DNA of 62,317 bases, filler included, from Chiloscyllium plagiosum (lineage: Eukaryota), in the NCBI RefSeq assembly GCF_004010195.1. It is 3 parts of one record of this genome, joined end to end, with 100 filler letters (N's around TTAATTAATTAA, not from the genome) between each part and the next. Parts side by side here need not be neighbours in the genome. Positions count along the whole stretch, not along the records: positions 46,506 to 62,317 come from NC_057713.1; 2 more parts are not named here. The stretch is one strand, 5' to 3'. Numbering within the stretch: the stretch's first letter is position 1; each line of letters begins with the position of its first letter. Of the stretch, positions 53,100 to 62,317 are shown one piece after another. Made by a program: the position numbers and the translations under genes. Under the pieces are notes generated by a model, which was given only the letters and a program-made list of their open reading frames with translations, ran no database searches and was not told the DNA's origin.

Positions 53100-53205
53100 C
53101 TGAAACAGAAACAAATTACTGGAGAAACTCAGTAGGTCTGGCAGCATCTGTGCAGAGGGAGCAGAGTTAGTGTTTCAAGCCCAGTGACCCTTCTTCAGAA
53201 CTGGA
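53100..53205 (-). mobile_element. Single-arm Penelope-tail-like element with degenerate HHR
   Basis: Minus strand reads agttCTGAAGAagggtcactgggcttGAAAcactaact. Confidence 0.55.
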
Positions 53206-54886
53206 GAGGCTAGCCTTTGCTCAGGATGTCATGGTACAGTAAGTTAAGAGCAAGTCTTCGATATCAGACAAGGGGATTGGACTTGGTCAGTTAGCCATTC
53301 AAGGGGGTCAGAGTCAGGATGCTGTACAAAAGGGGTGAGGAACTAAATGTAGTGCAGCCCTCCACCCATCTTGGCTCTTTCTACCTCACTGGGGTCTGTT
53401 TCTCTCCTTGAATGAAAGTGTGGCAGGTATTATGGGGATGAAAGTTTGTGGCACAATACTTTCCAAACAGCAAGGCAAGTGTCCTGACTGAGTGAGTCAT
53501 CAATACAGAGGCCATGCAGGGTTGGCATTAGGGAGTGAGGGAAGAGGTTACAAGAAATAGTGAGAGTGGTAGAGCGTGAGTCTTGCTGGGAGGTGGGATG
53601 TGTAGCAGAGATCAAGTGAGTGTGAGGTATCAGAGTGAAAATGGTGGTACTCATGATAGTGAAATGGAAAAGGACATTAACCTTGTTTGTATAAAGCCGG
53701 GCATTCCTTCAAATAGCTGAGACTACTTTACCGGGAGGTAACCTCAGACAAGGCTGGCACGGTCTGGTATTGTCGTCTCCAGTGCTGCTGCTGGGGCAAG
53801 AGGAAGTCATGCCTCTGTACCACCCTATGGAACAGGTCATTCAGGATCCTGATGGCACGGCAAGGGGCCAAGTTAGCACAAATGCTGCTCTTACATGGCA
53901 CAGGTAGGGAATTGATGTAACATGGTGCCATATAGCAGCATGTCCATATCCTTGACTGATGACTGCTGACAACCTTGATATGCTGCCTGCAGGTTTTCTG
54001 TCTACACTAAACAGTAGATAGGGAACAGGAAGAGAAAATGAGTGAGCAAACAGGATTCCTGGAATACAGCCTGCTCCAGTTCATGAGATGGGCTTGACCC
54101 TATGTACAAAGTGACCTGGCAGCAGCGTTGCAGTGAAAGGTGATTGTGCACTCCAAAGTACAGCATTAAAGAGCAGGACCATATTGTAAGTTGGTCAGGC
54201 TATGGTGGGGGTGGGAGAACAATCTCTGCCACCTGTGGTGTTGGCAAGTGCTGTCCGAAAAGGAACAAGTGGTGAGCCAGTTAACTGCTCTGATTTTCAT
54301 GTTGGGAATTGTTGCTGCCAGGTTTCAATCCAATCAGTGGGAGAATTGGAAACTGTTAATAATAACATGCTCATACATGCAAATAAGCCTTTTACAGTCA
54401 CTATCAAGATTCTTGTCTGTCTGTTCAATACTTGGTTGAAGAATCAGATATTTTGCTCATAAATCTGAGAATCTCATTACTGCTGATCTTAACTCTCCCA
54501 CCAATGTACACGTTGACTGGGAAGATTCGTTTCAGTACTGCACAGAGGCTGCATTAGTATTCTCTACAGGTGTATCATAACTTCCTTGTTTTTGTCCTCT
54601 GCCTCTATTCATTCCATATGCTTTCTTAATTAATATCCTGTCAGCTTCAATAATTTTTGCAGATATACCCCTCAGGATCACTGCACCGGCACCCTTTTAG
54701 AATTGTTCCCTTGCCACATTCTTCCTATGAAAATGAATCACTTCACCCTTTCCTGCATTAAATTTCAATTGTCAGTTGTCCATCCATTCTGACTGTGTCC
54801 TTTACATGTTTTTCCATAGCTTCTTGTCACAGTCCACAAAATGTCCACTTTTATTTTGTTATCCAGTAATTTTGAAATTGTGCCCT

Positions 54887-55898
54887 TATTGTGACATGGA
54901 GACAGACAGCTGAACCAAATCAGCCTTTCTGCCTTTGTATTCAAAACACAATAAAATTAAACTTTCAAATACAGTAGCCTCAAAATTGACCCCAATTGTT
55001 ACCAACCAAACGTTTGAATAAACAATCCCAGACTCTGTAAATAATCAATTCCAGACATTGGTCTGCATCTTAAACTAAAGACTTAGCAGCTTATGAACAA
55101 TATCAGAATTTTAACAGGGCAAAAAAAAATTAAATGATAAAGTCATCTAATTGGTCTATGTTATACACCCCAAAACCTTTATTTTCAACCCCATTCACTC
55201 AAAAAGACTGTCAGAAAATCATGGTTAATGGTCAAGTAAAAGAAAATAACAAACTGGCCAGATTAGTTGAGTGGTTTTCACAATGTGTTGTTCCACAGGC
55301 ATAGGTGATAGTTTCTGAAGGTGTTGATCATTGTCATCTGTATAGATCATTCAGATAAAGGCAGTAATATTTATTACTTAGTTTTCTATTCTCTGAACTT
55401 CAAAGAGCTGTTCCTGGGAGGTTAGGCAGAGTGTTTTCAAACCTTCATGCTATAACTTCAGTAGCCAGACTCCTTTTCACAGAAATACTGTCCAAAACCC
55501 AATTTAAACTCTGACCACTCCCTGATAGACTGATCATCTTCCCCATGTGGTCCAGTTATCATTCAGTATTTTCTATAAGTTATTTTCCAGACTTGTTGGA
55601 ACCAATTTTCAGGTACTGACCTTGTTAATAGTCAACTTCTGTTATCTGTTTAAACATATTGCTGTTCCCTGGTGACAAAACATCTCCTGAACCTTTGATC
55701 AGGAATCAACTTGCAATTAACTTCCAGACATGGCCTCTCAAATAAACAAAACATGTTTGGTATGTTTTCCATTTTAATAAAAACTGTTATTGATAGTCCA
55801 AAATCATTTTTAGTTTACAGTTCCCAATTCATGGCTCCAAACAAAAATTGATAAAATAATAAAATAAAAATAATGAAATACTGCTGAGCGTTTTAAAA
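54887..55898. mobile_element. Probable old solo LTR (about 1 kb) inserted in a reverse CR1 fragment (about 54550-56290)
   Basis: CR1 sequence is split at gtgccct|gtatac; CCCT is duplicated at 54883-54886 and 55899-55902; termini TATTGTGAC..TTTAAAA may be decayed TG..CA. Confidence 0.5.
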
Positions 55899-56509
55899 CC
55901 CTGTATACTAAATTCTTGATGATTAATATAAACAGGAACAGCCGAGGTCCTAAAACTCCTGACACCTCCATTGTGAACTTTCCTCTAATCCAAAACGCAT
56001 TTGTTCACTATTGTCTGTGTCCTGTCACTTAGCCAATTTCATCACCTCGTTGCTCCTTTTGCTTTTACTCCATGAGCTCTAACTCACAGGTCTGTTGTGC
56101 AAACTTTATCAGATGGTTCTTTGGAAATTTCTGTACACCATCTCAGTGGCATTACTTTCGTCAAACCTCACTGTTCCTCATTAACAAACTCTAGTAAGTT
56201 AGTTAAACATGATTAATCCTTAACAAAGCCATGCCAGGCTTCTTTAATTAACCTGCATTCATCTGAGTGATTATTAATTCTGTCCCAGATTGTGTTTATC
56301 CTTGTGGGATTAGATGTTATTACAGTGATGAAGAAAGGAGACATTTGATTATAAGGGTGAAGTGAGTTCCCTCCATTCTGATCACCATCTTACTGCTGTG
56401 CGTTGCACTAAGACTAGGATATGTTCAATTTCAGGTAACCACTATTGAGCAACTTTATACACCCCTCCCCAGCAGAGACAGCAAAATGATAAATGCTTGA
56501 TGATAAGAT

Positions 56510-56950
56510 ATACAACGAAAAACTTGCACCTATGTGGCAAATTTAACATTCTACAATATTTGAAGACATTTCATCAGAGCTATAAAAGCAAGTCAGACAT
56601 CAAGCCACTTGAGAATTAGGACAGATGATCAAAGATGTGACAAAAGGTGGAGAGACAGAGAGTGGAGTATGGGAATTCAGGACTTAGAGCCAGGGTTGAG
56701 TGATTAAAATTGCGCATAGTCAGGAGTCCAGAATAAAGCAAGTTCAGAGATCACAGAGGCATGCAAGGCTGAGATTCCTCAGATAGGGAAGCCCATTGGA
56801 AGGATTTGAAAACAAGGATGAGAATTATAAAATTGAGGAATTGCTTAACCAGATGCCAAACTATATCAGTGAGCAGAGGGGTGACAGGGGATAGGATATA
56901 TTACAAACTAAGACATTGCCACTAGAATTTTGAATGAACTGAAATTTATA
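56510..56950 (-). mobile_element. Old L2-like LINE 3' fragment
   Basis: aacttgcacctatgt..aattaggacagatgatcaaag..ggatttgaaaacaaggatgagaatt. Confidence 0.55.
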
Positions 56951-56993
56951 AAGGAAATGAACCATCAACTAATTATTGTCTCATTGTCTACAG

Positions 56994-57142
56994 AGCATTC
57001 AAATCCCGATGAGGCCTGGTTTAATAATGAGGCCCATGGAGGACAGTATGGTATTTACATGAACAGAAATGGTTTTCCTACTTGCAGCCTTATCCAAGGA
57101 TTCACGATCTGGAAATGCTGGGAATATGGAATATACTTCCAG
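56994..57142 (+). CDS. PKHD1L1: Fibrocystin-L (PKHD1L1-like) coding exon, (K)HSNPDEAWFNNEAHGGQYGIYMNRNGFPTCSLIQGFTIWKCWEYGIYFQ
   Basis: tgtctacag acceptor and CAG|gtgaaa donor; 149 nt (phase 1 to 0). Strong match to recalled PKHD1L1 WFDNEAHGGLYGIYMNQDGLPGCSLIQGFTIWTCWDYGIYFQ. Confidence 0.95.
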
Positions 57143-57889
57143 GTGAAAGGACACTATCATTTTAAAATTCTTTGGGAGCTATTCATTCAGGTCAACTGAA
57201 AAAAAATGTTTACTCAGTGCTGTTTGAGCCTTTAATAGAAACTTAAGTTACCTCATGCTGAATGCTTGGTGTGAGTAGATCACTCAGACATAGTCGTTTG
57301 GAGGTGCATTCATACACAATGATCCATTCCTCTACAAGTAAAACAAACATGTTCAAGCCTTGTGTCTACTTTGAATTACCCAGGCATTAAGAAGCTATAC
57401 ATTCCTGTTGCTTTCACCATGGCAGAAGTTCTGTTCACTCTGAAAGCTGGCTCTGAGGGAACTTAAAAAAAAAAAGAAGCCTTTACTCCAGCCATAATAA
57501 ATAGTGTGATTGTTTGAAATTTGGCCTTCTTCAGTTTCCCCTGATGAGTGAAAAGGGAAAGGCTATGGCAACATGTTTTTCTTCTCATCAATACGCAGAA
57601 TGATTTGAAAATTAAATTTACAATAATGGAGACCAAGATTGCAGGGGTAAAAAAATCATTAACATTTAAAATGACAACATCCATATTACGTATAGACACA
57701 ACAACAACTTGTATTTATACTCAACTGCTATAAGGTCATGGTGTACGCAGCAACTTGCCAGTAGCACAAATTCACCAGAATGATAAGATACACGGAATGT
57801 GATTTTGATTTTTTTTTAAAAACTCACTTCAGTTTGTAAAGTTAGGGGATGATCTAATTGAACTGTTATGGGTAGAATATAATTATTAA

Positions 57890-58340
57890 GCTGGACTGTG
57901 TTTGAAGAGATTTAGCAGGATGTTGCCGGGAATGGAGCTTGGATAGGCTGGGACCTTTTTCACTGAAGCACAGAAAGTTGAAAGGTGACGTTGTAGAGGT
58001 TTACAAAGTAATGAGGTGGATGACAGGTGTATTTTTCCAAGGTAGGGGATTTCAAGACTAGGGGGCATATTTTAAAGGGGAAGTTGAAGGATTTAAAAAA
58101 GACGTGAGGGGTAGTTTGTTTTTTACACAATGTGCTTCCTGTGTGGAATGAACTTCTGGAAGAAGTGGTGGATTTGGGTACAGTTACAACATTTAAAAGA
58201 CATTTAGATAAGTACATGAATAAGAAATGTTTGGAGGGATATGGCCAAGCACAGGTAGATGGGGCAAGTATAGTTTGCAATTATGGTCAGCATGGACTGG
58301 TTGGACCAACTGGTCTGTTTCCGTACTATATGACCCTATA
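57890..58340 (+). mobile_element. CR1 LINE 3' fragment
   Basis: VWNELLEEVVDLGTVTTFKRHLDKYM plus 3' UTR. Confidence 0.85.
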
Positions 58341-58788
58341 TTTAAAATGCTAATCAACACTTGTTTGGGTAAATAGAGAGGAATTATTTCCTCTGGCTTG
58401 GGAGTTTTTTTCTTTTATTCTTTCATGGAGTGTGGGTATCCAACATCTGTTGTCTGTTCCTATTTGCCCTGCGGAAGTTGGCAGTGGACTACTTCCTTGG
58501 ATTACTGCAGCTTTTGGTGTGGAGGGATGCCCAGAGTGCTGTTAGGGAGTTCCAGGATTATGACCCAGTGACACTGAAGGAACATTGATAATATTTTCAA
58601 GTCAGAATGGTGAGATACTTGAAGGAGAATGTGCAGATGGTGGTCCCATGTATCTATTAGTAGGGTTTGCAAATTTGGAAGGTAATCTTCAAGGAGGCTC
58701 AGTGAGTTAGTGCAATGCATCTTCTGCCCAATGGGGCACAATTTAAACCATCCAAAATACAACCTAACAAGTCTTTTTTTTATTTCAG

Positions 58789-58911
58789 ACTGAGGGATCG
58801 ATACAAATTTCCAATGTAACTCTGATGGAAAATAAATTGAGTATTTTTTCAATGATATATGGATCCTCAGCATCTGGACCGAGGATATCGAGCAAGCGCA
58901 TTCTTATTAGT
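58789..58911 (+). CDS. PKHD1L1: Fibrocystin-L (PKHD1L1-like) coding exon, TEGSIQISNVTLMENKLSIFSMIYGSSASGPRISSKRILIS
   Basis: Poly-T tract plus atttcag acceptor and AGT|gtaggc donor; 123 nt (phase 0 to 0). Matches recalled TTESVHIYNVTLVDNGMAIFPMIY...KISSKNVQIK. Confidence 0.9.
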
Positions 58912-59359
58912 GTAGGCCATCTTATCCTGTTATATTATGATTGCTCAACATTCAAATGTTTACATTCATATTTATTTGGAAGTTTTACAGAAATTTGGCA
59001 TGGTTATTTTCATATAGTCAAGACTGGCAGTGATTTGCATCTGTAATTTTGATATCATTGCATTATAGGAGTCTTGTGGCACATTGGGTAGTGTGTCAAC
59101 CTCCAAACCAAATGTTCTAGGTTAAGGTCCCACTCCAGGACTTGATAGCCAAGGAAGGTACATTCATAACATTGCCAAACAGGTTGAGTATCAACTTGTA
59201 AATCCTTCCAATACTGGACATTGATTAAGAATGGGAATAATTCCTAGTCAGCTATGTGATGAATTGCAATTTGAGTCTATACCATCACTATCCACAGTTC
59301 CAAAATAAAAGCAACTCAGGGGCCCTGTTGGCTGGACCGCGGGTGAGAATCAAATTGGT

Positions 59360-60790
59360 ACCACTGGCGGTCATTTGCAGACAAGATCACTCTCTTCCAC
59401 TCTCAGGGTGAGTCTGGTGGCTGTACAGTCTAATGCAGCTTCCGCAGACACTGCCACACTTGGGGCAAAAGATGGTTGTGGGATGGGGTGGGTGAGGCAT
59501 TGGTGTGGTATCGCGCTCCTTAATATTCGCCTGGCTTCTGCGTTTTCCTGATGGCACATCTCAAGAAGCACCTTCCCAGATGCTGCTCCTCCACTTTGGA
59601 TGGTCTTGGGTCAGTGATTCCCAGGTGTCGGTGGTAATGCTGCACTTCACCAGTGAGCCCATGTGGATACCCCTGAAGTGTTTCCTTTTTCAACTGGGGC
59701 TCGCCTGCCATTTCACCCGGTGGTAGAATGCCTGTGTTGTGGGGAGAATCCACCAGCCTCGGAGTCAGAGTTGGGGGTTCAATGACAGTGTTTATTGTAC
59801 AAGGAAATACTGAAGCTCCGGGGAGAGAAAGTCACCAACAGCACAGTGGTCAGCTGCGATTCTTCTCTCAACCTGGAGCACATGTCAAGATACTTTTATG
59901 CATTTTGTGATACAATAGGTCAGTGATGAGGTTCTTGTCTTTGTAATGTGGTTTTTTCTAATTGTAAATATTGCAGAATCATTGATAGTTTCACTGCAGT
60001 CATTGTCAGTTCCAACGCAGTCTCTGTTAATTTCAGTGCGGTCGTTTTCAGTTTCAGTACAGACATTGTCAATTTCAATGTCTGCGTGGAAGTCCATTAC
60101 TGTAATAAGGGGTGCTAATTGCTCTTCCTGAGAAGAATGGTTACTGCAGCCATGGCTGTTATCGCTATACTGAGTCTGTATCAGACTGTTAGCATTTCTA
60201 TCAAAGGTGTTGGCTGGACCCAGACACTTCAGTGGGCAGTATACACTACTCATGTGTATTCTGTCCCCCAGCCTGTCTAAACTAATCAATTAGGTTGTGA
60301 GTGCATTGTGCTGGCATTCTGGTGGCCCTAGGCAATGTAGATGTTTGCTCTGCTGTGTATCTTCATGTTGTGGTCTGATGGCTATCTTGTGTGTCAAGTG
60401 GCCAACTTATGGCTCAGCAGCCACCTTGTGCGTCTGTGTGCCTAGTGTATCCCTGCCTCGTTCCATCTCCCACTTCACCCACTTTGGGGAGTCTCATCTC
60501 AGACAAGAGGATGATGTGCCAGCCCATCACAGCTGATCAAGGATGGTCAGTGCCTCAATTCTGGGGATGCTGATGTGAGTGCATCTGTGTTCCCAATGGA
60601 TGCTCAGGATCTTGCATAGGCACTGTTGGTGGTACTGCTCCAGCACCTGAGGCATACAGGAGGGTGGGAACCACCATAGCTCTGTATAGTATGAGCTTGA
60701 TGTTGGATCTGACGTTGTTGTCCTCAAATACCCTTATCCTCAGGTGGTTGAAGGCTGCACTAGCACACTGGAGGCGAAAATGGGTCTCTT
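59360..60790 (-). mobile_element. RTE-clade (BovB-like) LINE 3' portion, split by about 770 bp of unrelated sequence (about 59716-60481)
   Basis: IDKETHFRLQCASAAFNHLRIRVFED..LYRAMVVPTLLYA; LEQYHQQCLCKIL; IEALTILDQL*WAG..RLPK | GRRAP..SLVKCSITTDTWESLTQDHPKWRSSIWEG. Confidence 0.8.
59979..60083. repeat. Degenerate 21-bp tandem x 5 without indels
   Basis: tcattgatagtttcactgcag / tcattgtcagttccaacgcag / tctctgttaatttcagtgcgg / tcgttttcagtttcagtacag / acattgtcaatttcaatgtct. Confidence 0.75.
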
Positions 60791-60937
60791 TATCAATAAC
60801 TTCAGTCACTTGTTGGTCTGCCTTTTCTCTTCCATGCGTGGTTGCTGTTTTACACTCAGAAATGCCATGTACTTTATGCTTATCAGTACTCAGATCTTCT
60901 GATCGTTCTCATCAAAGCTGTTTTGGTGTTTCCTGGT

Positions 60938-61397
60938 TGTTAGAAACGAAAATCGCTTCTCAATAATTGCTCTAGACAAATTCAGGAAAACAAAGTTTTA
61001 TTAGCAAGTCTGCAGAGTTGGGCACCCTTCTGAGAAAAAGGCGCCCCAGGCTAACAATGTTTCTGATTAAATACAGTACAAGTCCCTCCCCTCTATAGCT
61101 CTAAAGAGTCACGAGGTTCACATTCTCACAAAGTCTGCAACAGTTTCCCGAGTTGTTTTTCTACCCTGTAGTCTTATCAGTCAAGGACTTATTCTTCTCT
61201 GTCAGAGTTAGTGGTCTTATCAATCAAGGACTTGTTTTTCTACTCTGTCTATGTGAGTGGTCTTATCAATCCGTAGCAGCAGATGTCTCGTCCTTTATTA
61301 TAGAGAAGCATGTTTTACCCTACCCCTATGGTTCTATTCCCCTTAGACTTTGGGGTCATGCACATCTCAATTGTTTGTACCGAAATCGTCTCTCACA
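60938..61397 (-). mobile_element. Solo LTR, 460 bp, perfect 5-bp TSD
   Basis: TG..CA termini; CTGGT at 60933-60937 and 61398-61402; AATAAA on the minus strand at 60997-61002; internal gtcttatca repeats. Confidence 0.8.
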
Positions 61398-61622
61398 CTG
61401 GTTAAGTGACCGATTGAGTTTTTGCAGAAATTGATGATGGTGGCCTTGAGGGCAGACTAGACGCTGTTGGAATCCTGTGACTCGGTGTTGCTAGGGCTCG
61501 CTAGGTGTGTGGAGGCGAGCTGATTGTATGAAGCTCTGTTTTCCGGCTCTTGGCGACCTCTATGTTGATCTTCTTGAAGCACTGCTTCTGCTGCAGAAAG
61601 GTAGTTCGAGGGGGATCTGCCT

Positions 61623-62317
61623 TTGGAGGTAGTATGGGCTGAAGTCAGAAATAGGAAAGGAGCAGTCACCTTGTTGGATGTTTACTTTAAGCCCCCCAAT
61701 AGCAGCAGAGATGTGGAGAAACAGATTGGGAAACAGATTTTGGAAAGGTGCAGAAGCTACAGGGTAGTAGTCATGGGCGATTTCAACTTCCCAAATATTG
61801 ATTGGAAGCTCTTTAGATCAAGTAGATTGGACAGGGCGGTGTTTGTGCAGTGCATCCAGGAAGCATTTCTAACTCAGTATGTAGATTGTCCGACCAGAGG
61901 GAAGGCCATATTGGATTTGGTACTTGGTAACGAACCGGGACAAGTGATGGGCTTGTTAGTGGGTGAGCATTTTGGTGATGGTGACCACAATTCTGTGACT
62001 TTCACCTTGGTTATGGAGAGAGATAGGTGCATGCAACAGGGCAGGTTTTACAATTGGGGGGAGGGTAAATATGATGCTGCAAGACAGGATCTGAGGAGCA
62101 TAAATTGGAAGCATAGGCTGTCAGGGAAGGATGTCGTTGAAATGTGGAACTTTTTCCAGGAATAGATACGACGTGTCCTTGATATGTATGTACCTGTCAG
62201 GCAGGAAAGAGATGGTCGTGTGAGGGAACCTTGGTTGACGAGGGAGGTTGAATGTCTAGTAAAGAGGAAGAAGGAGGCTTACATAAGGCTGAGGAAACAA
62301 GGTTCAGACAGAGCATT
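61623..62317 (+). mobile_element. CR1 ORF2 AP-endonuclease region, running off the window
   Basis: EVVWAEVRNRKG..YFKPPNS..VVMGDFNFP..ILDLVLGNEPGQV..HFGDGDH. Confidence 0.92.

Larger units (their letters stand above)
52290..54000. mobile_element. Decayed Harbinger/PIF transposon: weak transposase-like remnant (+) converging on a Myb/SANT-like ORF remnant (-)
   Basis: 53728..53931(-) LAPCRAIRILNDLFHRVVQRHDFLLPQ..RRQYQTVPALSEVTSR resembles the Harbinger Myb-like APRF..LE.L...V..R...LFP...AW.EV; weak VTP.NP..IVML..LD remnant at 52430-52680. Confidence 0.5.

Noticed and set aside
59977..60000. SLIV after ttgcag as the next PKHD1L1 exon
   Set aside because: Wrong phase for the preceding exon, and similarity stops after four residues.

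Overview
Repeat-dense vertebrate genomic DNA, almost certainly from a cartilaginous fish (shark), judged from HE1-type V-SINEs, DeuSINE-like SINEs and abundant CR1 LINEs. The window is three contigs joined by artificial 100-nt spacers (N44-TTAATTAATTAA-N44 at 15140-15239 and 46406-46505). The only host gene I can support is four consecutive, phase-compatible + strand coding exons of a fibrocystin-L gene (PKHD1L1-like, beta-helix region) at 49238-49335, 51306-51396, 56994-57142 and 58789-58911. I found no upstream exons of it in the first 49 kb. The rest is mostly mobile DNA: a 5'-truncated, stop-disrupted CR1 (esterase ORF1 plus APE/RT ORF2), many CR1/L2/RTE fragments, SINEs, solo LTRs, decayed Harbinger/PIF transposons and Penelope-like (GIY-YIG) fragments. 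The most unusual signal is a set of hammerhead-ribozyme (HHR) motifs: one with an apparently intact core in a Penelope tail, and several short, often fold-back, protein-free elements with degenerate HHR motifs and 9-17 bp target-site duplications (TSDs). No CRISPR or prokaryotic features. Family and gene assignments rest on recalled consensus sequences, not database searches, and repeat boundaries are approximate.
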